Source of the DNA: an uncultured Gammaproteobacteria bacterium
GTDB lineage: Bacteria > Patescibacteriota > Patescibacteriia > UBA11705 > JABHMO01
Reading direction: 5' to 3'
Assembly (NCBI GenBank): GCA_964565345.1
Contig: CAZMEQ010000005.1
Coordinates: 275 to 64,274 of the forward strand
Length of the DNA: 64,000 nt
Made by a program: the position numbers and the translations under genes. Positions 50,142 to 59,581 of this stretch are shown here, in pieces. The number at the start of each line of letters is the position of its first letter. Position 1 is the first letter of the stretch. Under the pieces are notes generated by a model. The model saw nothing but the letters and a program-made list of their open reading frames with translations, had not been told where the DNA came from and did not search any database.

Positions 50142-50157
50142 ATAGCAACCTTTATTT

Positions 50158-50481
50158 TTAACTTATTTCTCGATCTTTGTCAAATCCACCAGAAACTATT
50201 CTTAGCTGATTTAAAACACGATTTTTATATTTTTTATTAATTTCTTCTATGAATTTTGACTGTTTGAAACGAATTTCTTGGGCCATGGCTGAATTCTGCG
50301 TTATTATGTTTAAAATTTTATTTTTTATAAATTGTGCTTTGGCCTGTTCTTGCCCTTTTTTACCCCAATATTCCAAAATTAAATTATTAGCCTGTTCAAC
50401 TATAAGACTGGCCTGAACTTGCTTACTAAGAACGCTTCTATTAGCAAAACTTTTAGTTATGATATTTCTTAAACCTTGCAT
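50158..50481 (-). CDS. DUF721 (DciA-like) protein
   Basis: 107 aa; pattern LSKQVQASLIVEQANNLILEYWG...NSAMAQEIRFKQSKFIEEIN resembles DUF721/DciA. Confidence 0.45.
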   Translation of the reverse strand: MQGLRNIITKSFANRSVLSKQVQASLIVEQANNLILEYWGKKGQEQAKAQFIKNKILNIITQNSAMAQEIRFKQSKFIEEINKKYKNRVLNQLRIVSGGFDKDREIS

Positions 50482-50556
50482 ATTGACTCTTTAACGTTTT
50501 TATGATAAATTAATCTGTCCTGTCGTAAAGGACGAAACTTTTTAATGGAGGCTACG

Positions 50557-51177
50557 ATGTCACGCTTCATTTCCCTGCTCCTGGCCTTGTGCCTGACAAA
50601 CCTGCCCTTTCTCGCCCACAGCGAGGAAGTCGAATCCAACGGACAGATCCTCCTGATCGTGGGTCGCAACTTCGCCCCCTTCCAGGTAAGCGAGGGCATC
50701 AGAGGTGCCGTCTACGCGCACATTGGAGCCATGGCCAGTGTACGTGGCAACGCCATGGTCTTTGGGTATGTCGGACCGGAGTTCACCTTTACATCGCAGA
50801 CCAACCTGAAGATGTTGACAGGGACCTGGCTGACCAAGGACGGCGGCATGAGCGCCATCGCCAGCCTCTGGCTGACCCAGCCCTTGCCCGGAGACGTCAC
50901 CGTCTTCTTGGAGGGTGACGCCTACTTCCCGATCGACGGAGACGGCGGGCACCGCCAGCGCAACTACTACACGTTCGTATCGCTGGACTGGTTCCCCAAG
51001 GGCAACGTCGTCGGGCTGGGCGTGGTACAGGAGAACTTCTTCTCGGAGAAGGTCTTCGAGGAAGCGGCCATCGGCCCCTCCCTGCTCTTCGACAAGGGCC
51101 GCATCTGGCTGGCCTACGACATGAGCCCCGACCTGCCCGGCGCGCAGATCTACCTGCGACTCGTCCTCACGCTCTGA
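50557..51177 (+). CDS. secreted beta-rich hypothetical protein
   Basis: GGAGG 5 nt upstream of ATG 50557; signal peptide MSRFISLLLALCLTNLPFLAHS; alternating hydrophobic pattern. ORF-track ATG 50545 is also possible. Confidence 0.5.
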   Translation: MSRFISLLLALCLTNLPFLAHSEEVESNGQILLIVGRNFAPFQVSEGIRGAVYAHIGAMASVRGNAMVFGYVGPEFTFTSQTNLKMLTGTWLTKDGGMSAIASLWLTQPLPGDVTVFLEGDAYFPIDGDGGHRQRNYYTFVSLDWFPKGNVVGLGVVQENFFSEKVFEEAAIGPSLLFDKGRIWLAYDMSPDLPGAQIYLRLVLTL

Positions 51178-51183
51178 ACCTGC

Positions 51184-51218
51184 TCCCATACCCGACACCG
51201 GGTGTGGGAGCTATTTTT
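51184..51218 (+). terminator. rho-independent terminator inside island C
   Basis: CTCCCATACCCG-acac-CGGGTGTGGGAG 12-bp stem followed by CTATTTTTAT. Confidence 0.6.
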
Positions 51219-51227
51219 ATCTAAATA

Positions 51228-51256
51228 TTGACAAATTCATTAAAATATAATAATAT
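51228..51256 (+). promoter_or_regulatory. consensus-like sigma70 promoter TTGACA-17-TAATAT in an AT-rich patch within the GC-rich island
   Basis: ttgacaaattcattaaaatataataatat; followed by palindrome GCTGACGAA-gt-TTCGTCAGC (51268..51286) and a GGAGGA SD before ATG 51318. Confidence 0.5.
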
Positions 51257-51317
51257 ATAGCCAGTTTGCTGACGAAGTTCGTCAGCATTTTCGGTAGCCG
51301 CTTGAACGGAGGAATCC

Positions 51318-51719
51318 ATGAAGCGCATCGTCCACTCGCTGTTCGCCGTCCTGGTGCTCCTCGGGCTCTCCAACACCGCCATCGCGGGCGGTGGGCCGCC
51401 CCAGACCTTCGCCGACTACAAGTACCTCGCCGAGCAGTACATCACCCCGCAGATCGCCTACTTCAACCTGACGGGCGAGCTGCAGTACTGGTCCGAGACA
51501 CCTTGCGTGGGCTGGACCAACATGACGGACAACCTGCAGTACTACTTCGAGTACGAGGCGCAGTTCCGCAGCGCCGCCGCGCAGGCCGTCACCGCCAACA
51601 GCTGGGCCATCAAGTACGCCCTGAAGACCGGCGAGAACCTGGCCGTGGTGCCGACCTACAAGCTGAACCGCCTGAAGGCGCAGCAGAAGCTCGCGCTCAT
51701 GGACCAGTGGCACGCCTAG
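51318..51719 (+). CDS. secreted hypothetical protein (N-terminal part of an interrupted gene)
   Basis: Signal peptide MKRIVHSLFAVLVLLGLSNTAIAGG; GC3-rich; ends at TAG 51717..51719 and continues in the same frame at 51720. Confidence 0.5.
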   Translation: MKRIVHSLFAVLVLLGLSNTAIAGGGPPQTFADYKYLAEQYITPQIAYFNLTGELQYWSETPCVGWTNMTDNLQYYFEYEAQFRSAAAQAVTANSWAIKYALKTGENLAVVPTYKLNRLKAQQKLALMDQWHA

Positions 51720-51722
51720 TTC

Positions 51723-52310
51723 ATGACGTTCTACGCCGAGACGGCGTGGGGTCTCCGCACCTTCTACTGCTCGACCGAGCAGATGTGCGTGCAGCCGCCC
51801 CAGCCGCAGACCAGCAAGGTCTACGTCAACAAGACCTCGGTCACCCCGCAGATCGTCTACGGCGTGCACCGGCACCTCTTCGGCTTCAACCTCTCGATGA
51901 ACTCGGACGGCGCGATCTACTCCGAGGACGGGCTGCTCTACATGGTCGACCTCTCGGTCATGATGACCGGGGACGCCTTCGAGCAGCTCACGAACTGCAC
52001 CCTCGAGACGAACGACGGCTTCGCCTTCGTGCTCGACACCGCAACGCCCTACTTCGTCGAAGAAGTCGGCGGTGCGCGGCTGACATTCAAGCTCGACGAT
52101 CCGTACGTGATCCCCGAGAACACGACGCAGGGCTTCAACGTCTTCTGCCAGATCAACCCGCCCGTGCAGGAGTACAGCTACATCGAGATCGGCTTCATGC
52201 CGACGCTCGGGACCGGGCCGATCAACGCGATCCTGGTCCAGGGGGCCAACACCAACTGGCAGTTGGAGGTCACCCCCAACATGCACATCTCGACGGTGCT
52301 CACGAACTGA
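51723..52310 (+). CDS. hypothetical protein, in-frame continuation of 51318..51719 after a single TAG
   Basis: Same reading frame and same GC3 bias as the upstream ORF; no SD of its own; six N-x-S/T sequons across the two parts. Confidence 0.45.
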   Translation: MTFYAETAWGLRTFYCSTEQMCVQPPQPQTSKVYVNKTSVTPQIVYGVHRHLFGFNLSMNSDGAIYSEDGLLYMVDLSVMMTGDAFEQLTNCTLETNDGFAFVLDTATPYFVEEVGGARLTFKLDDPYVIPENTTQGFNVFCQINPPVQEYSYIEIGFMPTLGTGPINAILVQGANTNWQLEVTPNMHISTVLTN

Positions 52311-52322
52311 CCCCGCGGCCAC

Positions 52323-52356
52323 GCCGCATGACGCCACGCAAACACAAGTTTGCGTG
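52323..52356. terminator. bidirectional rho-independent terminator
   Basis: GCCACGCAAAC-acaa-GTTTGCGTGGC followed by TCTTTTTT; sits between the island C end and the stop of the minus-strand helicase. Confidence 0.65.
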
Positions 52357-52364
52357 GCTCTTTT

Positions 52365-55331
52365 TTATAACTTTTTATGTTCACAAATATTACGATAATC
52401 ACAACTGCCACAAACAAAAGGACTTGGTGTTGGATCAAATTTCTGCGCTTTTATACTCTCAATATCTTCTATAAAATTTTCTTTTAACTTTAACTTATCC
52501 TTTTCTTGACCAAAAAATGATATCTTTTTATTTTCTTCCAAATAATGATAGGTCATTTGATTAACCTTTAACTTCAACGCTTCTTCGGCTGCTATTTGAT
52601 AGAACAAAAGTTGACGTTTATCATCGGCAGTTAATTTTTCATCTTTTGCCTGACCGGTTTTATAATCTATAATTTCAACAGTACTATTAGTAGAATTATC
52701 CACCCGATCAATTCGTCCCATAAAAGAGTAATCGCCTACCATTAATTTAAACGGCAATTCTAAAAACTTAACATCTGGTTGTTGCGTATTAAAATCTGCA
52801 TAAAAAGTTTTCAATAAATTCTTTCCTTTTTTATAGTAGGCTGTTTTTTGTACTTCATCTTGGAACCAATCATCAAACCAAATGTCATCATAGATGCGCC
52901 ATAAATCTTCTAGTGGCAATGTACTCTTTTTCTTTTCTGTTTTTAAATTACTAAACAGATCATGTTGAACAACATTATTTATTTGGAATGACTCCTCTAA
53001 AAACTTTTGAAGAGTGTTGTGAATTATAGTTCCAAAAGTAAAATAATGATTACCAAAAGTTGGTATTTTAAGTATATTCGAATACTTATATTGCAAGGGG
53101 CATTTTTCGTAACTAGCAATTTGTGAAAAACTGAATTTCTTTGGGATCTCGTATACAAAACTTTGCTTTGTTTCTGGCTTAGCCTTAGCCTCAACTAAAT
53201 TTTCCAATTTAATATCTTGCTTTGTATACCCCAACTCATTCAAAAAGCGCGAAAGCTTTTTCTTTCTCACTCCGCCACAATCCTCAGCGGAACTGAAGAA
53301 CAATCCCTTTCTGGCCCTGGTCATGGCCACGTAAAAAAGCCTTCTTTCTTCTTCTAAATGAAAATTACCTTCGGGAATCTTTTCTTTAATCAAGGCTGGC
53401 GGGATCTCAATAGCCTCGTGACGTTCATCTGTGGGGAATTTTCTATCTACAAGATTAGGAATAAATACATAATCAAATTCCAACCCCTTTGCCCCATGGA
53501 CAGTCATAATCCGTACCATGTCGGGCCCTGTTTCCGGATCAAAAGCTAGGCTACCCACATCTCCGGCTTGTAATTCTAAATCAAAAACCTCAACTACGTC
53601 TTTTATGCGTGGATCTTCATAAGCAATTTCTATTTCTTTTATTTTTTGGAAAAATTGTTGTAAAAAATCTAGATTTTCTTTGGCTATTTTATCGGATTGA
53701 TTCTTTATATATTCCAAATAGCCGGAATCGTACAAAAAGGCCAATAAAACCTCAGTGGGTTTTTTGGTTTGAGCCATTATAGTATCTGCTTCAATGCGAC
53801 TAAAAATCTTACCTACGGTGGTTATAGTATGCATTTCTAACTCAGGAATAGCTACAACTTTTTTTAACGTTTCGTATAATGGCGCACCCTTTTGTTTAGC
53901 ATAATGAACGATTTTCACTATTTGATCGGCACGCAACTTAAAACAAGGAAAGTTTAGGACTCGGTAAACGGCTGCATGTTCGTGATAATTATCTAAGAGT
54001 TTAAAATAATTTAGCAAATCAACAATAATAGATTTGGTATATAGTCCTTTTAAAGCTAAAAATTGATAAGGGATACCGGCCGCATCTAGGGCGTTGGCAA
54101 AATTATTGGCAGTGTCATTAGCACGCACTAAAATAGCAAAATCAGACCATTCAGCAGACTTAGATTTTTTTAAATCGATTATTTTTCGGACCACAAACTG
54201 AGCCTCAGACTCGATATTTTCAAAATGGTTATGCTCTATAGTTCCTGGCTCTTTTTTGTTAGAAATTAACTTCTTATTGATTTTTAACTTCTCTTCAAGT
54301 CGATTGGGATTATTTTGAACAATAAACTTATAAGCCAAATCTAAAATTTCCTGGTTAGAACGATAATTTTCTGTAAGCACAACCTCTTTGGCCGAAGGAA
54401 AATCTGATTTAAATTGCATGATATTGCTAATCGAAGCTCCCCGAAATTTATAAATCGACTGATCATCATCCCCAACCACAGTTAAATTGTTTTTAGGAGC
54501 CGAAAGCATTTTTATTAGCTCATACTGGACCAAATTTGTGTCTTGGAACTCGTCCACCAACAGATATTTAAATTGGCGTCTATATTTTTCTAAAATCAAT
54601 GGTCTTTCGGTGAATAATCTTATTGTATAGCTAATTAAATCAGCAAAATCTAAACAGTCATTTTCTAAAAGAATCTGCTCATAGAGGTGAAAAGCCTGAG
54701 CAACTTCAGTAACGCGCATAATTTCGGACTTAAGTAATTCTTTTTGGTCGGTTTTTGTAAGCTGTTCAAACGTGTCGGGCAAATCTAAGCTCTTTATAAA
54801 AGCAGTAGAATCGGTGTCTAATTTTATTTTTTCGGCATACTCCAAATATTGCTCTGGCGTTATGCCTTCATCTTTACAACGTGAAAAATGTTTTAGCAAG
54901 GCATGAATAAATTTAGTTGGATTTCCCAATGGACGATAGTAATCCAAGTTAAACCGATTAAGATTCTTTTTAACTAAAAGCCATGTTTCAGTTTCATTCA
55001 GAAGCTTATAATTATTACTAAGACCAATGTCCAATGCATGTCGTTTTAAAACTTTGTCACAAAAAGAATGGAAGGTAGAAATCCACAGGTCAACATAGCC
55101 ATAAGGCAACATCTGATCAACTCGTTCTTCCATTTCCTCAGCGGCTTTTTCGGTAAAAGTAAGAGCCAGGATTTCATCAACATTAACTTGTTTTTCGGTA
55201 ATTAAATAAGCAATGCGCGTGGTAATAACACGTGTTTTTCCTGTGCCAGCGCCTGCAACTATTAGTAACGGCCCTTGATCATGTTTAATAGCCTCAAGCT
55301 GCTCTTTATTTGAAGTATCCAATAGGCTCAT
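52365..55331 (-). CDS. UvrD/PcrA-family helicase with C-terminal PD-(D/E)xK Fe-S nuclease domain (AddA/Cas4-like)
   Basis: Walker A AGAGTGKT; UvrD motifs; C-terminal RIDRVD...EIIDYKTG plus EKCP...CGSCDYRNIC Cys cluster. Confidence 0.8.
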   Translation of the reverse strand: MSLLDTSNKEQLEAIKHDQGPLLIVAGAGTGKTRVITTRIAYLITEKQVNVDEILALTFTEKAAEEMEERVDQMLPYGYVDLWISTFHSFCDKVLKRHALDIGLSNNYKLLNETETWLLVKKNLNRFNLDYYRPLGNPTKFIHALLKHFSRCKDEGITPEQYLEYAEKIKLDTDSTAFIKSLDLPDTFEQLTKTDQKELLKSEIMRVTEVAQAFHLYEQILLENDCLDFADLISYTIRLFTERPLILEKYRRQFKYLLVDEFQDTNLVQYELIKMLSAPKNNLTVVGDDDQSIYKFRGASISNIMQFKSDFPSAKEVVLTENYRSNQEILDLAYKFIVQNNPNRLEEKLKINKKLISNKKEPGTIEHNHFENIESEAQFVVRKIIDLKKSKSAEWSDFAILVRANDTANNFANALDAAGIPYQFLALKGLYTKSIIVDLLNYFKLLDNYHEHAAVYRVLNFPCFKLRADQIVKIVHYAKQKGAPLYETLKKVVAIPELEMHTITTVGKIFSRIEADTIMAQTKKPTEVLLAFLYDSGYLEYIKNQSDKIAKENLDFLQQFFQKIKEIEIAYEDPRIKDVVEVFDLELQAGDVGSLAFDPETGPDMVRIMTVHGAKGLEFDYVFIPNLVDRKFPTDERHEAIEIPPALIKEKIPEGNFHLEEERRLFYVAMTRARKGLFFSSAEDCGGVRKKKLSRFLNELGYTKQDIKLENLVEAKAKPETKQSFVYEIPKKFSFSQIASYEKCPLQYKYSNILKIPTFGNHYFTFGTIIHNTLQKFLEESFQINNVVQHDLFSNLKTEKKKSTLPLEDLWRIYDDIWFDDWFQDEVQKTAYYKKGKNLLKTFYADFNTQQPDVKFLELPFKLMVGDYSFMGRIDRVDNSTNSTVEIIDYKTGQAKDEKLTADDKRQLLFYQIAAEEALKLKVNQMTYHYLEENKKISFFGQEKDKLKLKENFIEDIESIKAQKFDPTPSPFVCGSCDYRNICEHKKL

Positions 55332-55357
55332 ATCGGCTAAATTTTAGCATATAATAC

Positions 55358-55388
55358 AAAAAGAGACGAATCTAGGTCGTCTCTTTTT
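55358..55388. terminator. bidirectional terminator
   Basis: AAAA-AGAGACG-loop-CGTCTCT-TTTT. Confidence 0.55.
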
Positions 55389-55392
55389 AATA

Positions 55393-56184
55393 TTATAGGT
55401 CTAGTACTTTTTCTTCATCTCCTACCTTAATCCGAATCTGTTTATCCTCAATTATTTCAAGGATCTCGAGCGGTTTTTCGGACGCAATTAATTCCTTTCT
55501 ATTTGTACCGTAAAAATCACTAACTAAAATTTTATTCTGGTTATAACCTTGTGTGTTAGGCTCGTATTCAAAAGTATATATCAGTCTATTTTTATCACTT
55601 GTCAATTTTGCATCTGTAAAGGCTGCTTTTATTTCAGTCTCCTTGTTGTAATTACTACGAGAATCTATAGCATAGGTGTTTTTCATGGAAATTTGATAGT
55701 AGGCTAAAACATCCCCTACCCTTAAACCCATAACACCTTTGTCGCCGATAAAAAAACTCAAATAATCTCGTCCAATACTTTGAGCATTTTCTTCGTTAAA
55801 AAACTTAAAGAAAGCTTCTCGTTGTATTTGAGGACCAAACTCTGGATTTTTGTATTCAATAGCATAAACAAATAAACCTAATTCTGGATAATACCCCATA
55901 ATACGTAAAGCCTTATTTTCTTCTAAGTCCACACTAATAAGCTCAGTTTTATTTAAGCCATTTTTGTCAGCTGCAAAGATTCTATTCATCTTTATATCTG
56001 ATCCTGAATCTTGAAAAACCCAGGCAAGTGATTTCTTGTCAGAAGAAAATACTATTTCGTTTGTTGTCGTGTTTGAGCCGTAATCAACAAAGGAGTAATT
56101 AGAAACCTTAGTGCAGCCGGAAAAAATACTTACCATCAAAATTAGTACAAAAATAATGTTAAATTTGATACTTCTCTTTGTCAT
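55393..56184 (-). CDS. hypothetical lipoprotein
   Basis: Signal peptide with lipobox-like VSIFSGC; 263 aa; no enzymatic motif. Confidence 0.45.
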   Translation of the reverse strand: MTKRSIKFNIIFVLILMVSIFSGCTKVSNYSFVDYGSNTTTNEIVFSSDKKSLAWVFQDSGSDIKMNRIFAADKNGLNKTELISVDLEENKALRIMGYYPELGLFVYAIEYKNPEFGPQIQREAFFKFFNEENAQSIGRDYLSFFIGDKGVMGLRVGDVLAYYQISMKNTYAIDSRSNYNKETEIKAAFTDAKLTSDKNRLIYTFEYEPNTQGYNQNKILVSDFYGTNRKELIASEKPLEILEIIEDKQIRIKVGDEEKVLDL

Positions 56185-56187
56185 AAA

Positions 56188-56685
56188 TTACATAAATGAT
56201 TTAATCTTCTTTAAAGCTTCTGGGAACAGCGGAATAAAGACTATCCCTATTTTCAATAAAACCTTAGCCACAATAGAAGCACTCATTTGTGTCACTATCC
56301 AATAATTAAAGGGGTATTTCAACAAAAAGCTCAGAATGACTGCCAAGACCAGCAAAGCCTCTACAAAACCCAAAATTAAGCCAAAAAAACGGTCCAAATG
56401 TGAAATAATAGGTAATACCGTAATTATCTTAAATATCTTGCCTAAAAGCCAAAATATTAGCCCCACCAGCTTAACAGTTATACTAAAAATTGCAATAAAA
56501 ACCAATAAGTTAGTTAAATTCGAACCACCAAACCAATTAGCCACCACCTCGTAAAAACGACTGGCAATAATAGTAGCCAAAACTATACCCAAAATTGAAC
56601 CTATGGACTGCAACAAACCACGGCGTAATCCCAAAAGGGCCATGCCCAATATAATTGCTAACAAAATGTAATCAAGTAAGACCAT
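56188..56685 (-). CDS. cvpA: CvpA family membrane protein
   Basis: MVLLDYILLAIILGMALLGLRRGLLQSIGSILG, a typical CvpA N-terminus; 4 TM. Confidence 0.7.
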   Translation of the reverse strand: MVLLDYILLAIILGMALLGLRRGLLQSIGSILGIVLATIIASRFYEVVANWFGGSNLTNLLVFIAIFSITVKLVGLIFWLLGKIFKIITVLPIISHLDRFFGLILGFVEALLVLAVILSFLLKYPFNYWIVTQMSASIVAKVLLKIGIVFIPLFPEALKKIKSFM

Positions 56686-56760
56686 ATTATGAAGATATTA
56701 TACCAAAAAAACTGCAAATCTAAAAGGTCGGCTTAGTCCGACCTCTTATTTAGTTATTTT

Positions 56761-57204
56761 TTACTTTGATGAAATATGACCACGACTCTCTGCTCTTCGC
56801 GCTGTTTTACGGCCGACTTTTACGCGGGCTAATTCTTTTTCAATTTGTGCTGTGAGTGCCGCGAATTCACGGCTATCTGCTGCTCTTTCGGCTCGCAGGG
56901 CTTCGGCGCGACGGATAGCAGCCTCGGCGCGCGCGACATCTATTTCTTCGGAACGTTCCGCAGTGTCAGCCAACACCACTACCTTGGTTGACAATACTTC
57001 GATAAAGCCTCCTGAGACAGCCAAGATGCTTTCTTGATCATCGTTTTTAATTCTAATTTCACCCGGTTTTAGAACAGAAATAAGCGGTGTATGATTGGCC
57101 AAGACAGTAATCTCTCCGTCCCTCGTTGGCAAGGTAACTGAATCAACGTCGTCTTTAAAAACGACGCGTTCAGGAGTAGCAATTTTAAAATTCATTTTTG
57201 GCAT
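56761..57204 (-). CDS. atpC: F1 ATP synthase subunit epsilon
   Basis: FKIATPERVVF...VTLPTRDGEITVLANHTPL; last gene of the operon; Ala/Arg-rich C-terminal helix. Confidence 0.85.
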   Translation of the reverse strand: MPKMNFKIATPERVVFKDDVDSVTLPTRDGEITVLANHTPLISVLKPGEIRIKNDDQESILAVSGGFIEVLSTKVVVLADTAERSEEIDVARAEAAIRRAEALRAERAADSREFAALTAQIEKELARVKVGRKTARRAESRGHISSK

Positions 57205-57209
57205 AATAA

Positions 57210-58589
<1,380 letters not shown>

Positions 58590-58628
58590 TTATTTATGGT
58601 TTACTAATTATTTCAAAAGTTTAATTAA

Positions 58629-59579
58629 TTACTTTAGGGCTTCGGCTGCGGAGCTAATTTCCGCAATTTCCTGAGTAATGCCAGATTGACGAGCGCGATT
58701 ATATGATAATGTTAAATCACTAATCATGTCCGTTGCTGAATCAGAAGCATTACGCATGGCCAACATGCGGGCGCTGTGTTCTGAGGCTTCTGATTCCAAA
58801 ACAGCTTGGTAAATCTGCGTCTCAATTAAACGTGGCAACATTTCTTCTAAAACAGTCTTGGGATCAGGTTCAAAAATATACTCTAATTGATAACCGTCTT
58901 TTTGCAAATAACGATCCGCTTTTTCCTTAATAAATTCTTTAGTGGTAGCCACCCCAGAACTTTTTCCAACCACGCCCAAATAATCATCAGGCTCTTGATC
59001 AACTGGTAATAATTGCTTCACTCTAGGTTCTTGTTTTAAAGATGACACAAAATCAGTAAAAGCAATAAAAACTTTATCATATTTACCAGCTGAAAATTCT
59101 TTGATAATCAAGTGCGCCACAGAGTAAATGTCCGAAACCTTAAGAGTCAAATCCTGTTTTTTAAAATCAGCCATAACATTAAATTTAAAGCCTCTAATAA
59201 TATCACGACCCTTAGTACCCATACTTACGACATCAGTAACTTTTACAGTTTGTTCGTGTTTTTTAATTGAACGGATAGCCTTTTGCACTACCTGCATATT
59301 AAAACCGCCGCACAAACCGCGATTCGAACTAACCAAAATTAAACACACGTTTTCAACCTTATCCTTTTTAGACAAGAGCGGATGTAGTTTGGAGTCAGTC
59401 CTCTCGGCCAAATGCATAATTGTGGCCCAGGCTAAATTAGAATAGTCACGGGTAGCCAAAACAGAAGCCACCGCCTTGCGCATTTTTGAAGCGGCAACCA
59501 TTTCCATGGCCTTAGTTACCTTCTTAGTACTAGTAACTGATTTAATTCGTCTTTTTAATTCTCTGGTTCCAGAAGCCAT
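58629..59579 (-). CDS. atpG: F1 ATP synthase subunit gamma
   Basis: Position in the operon; 316 aa; N- and C-terminal coiled-coil helices. Confidence 0.9.
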   Translation of the reverse strand: MASGTRELKRRIKSVTSTKKVTKAMEMVAASKMRKAVASVLATRDYSNLAWATIMHLAERTDSKLHPLLSKKDKVENVCLILVSSNRGLCGGFNMQVVQKAIRSIKKHEQTVKVTDVVSMGTKGRDIIRGFKFNVMADFKKQDLTLKVSDIYSVAHLIIKEFSAGKYDKVFIAFTDFVSSLKQEPRVKQLLPVDQEPDDYLGVVGKSSGVATTKEFIKEKADRYLQKDGYQLEYIFEPDPKTVLEEMLPRLIETQIYQAVLESEASEHSARMLAMRNASDSATDMISDLTLSYNRARQSGITQEIAEISSAAEALK

Positions 59580-59581
59580 AT

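Larger units (their letters stand above)
49715..50157. other. compositional mini-island B (about 60% GC)
   Basis: A 0.43-kb GC-rich stretch between two AT-rich native genes. Confidence 0.65.
50500..52360. other. compositional island C (about 62% GC) with three plus-strand signal-peptide genes
   Basis: Sharp GC shift; strong GC3 bias in the plus frames; antisense and off-frames are Arg/Gly/Val-rich artefacts. Confidence 0.7.

Noticed and set aside
50560-52474. Antisense and off-frame ORFs across island C (50560..51198 minus, 50589..50918 plus, 50915..51124 plus, 51266..52474 plus, 51282..52337 minus, 52178..52438 minus)
   Set aside because: These have low-complexity Arg/Gly/Val-rich translations, no signal peptides or SDs, and overlap the three plus-strand genes that show GC3 bias and SDs.
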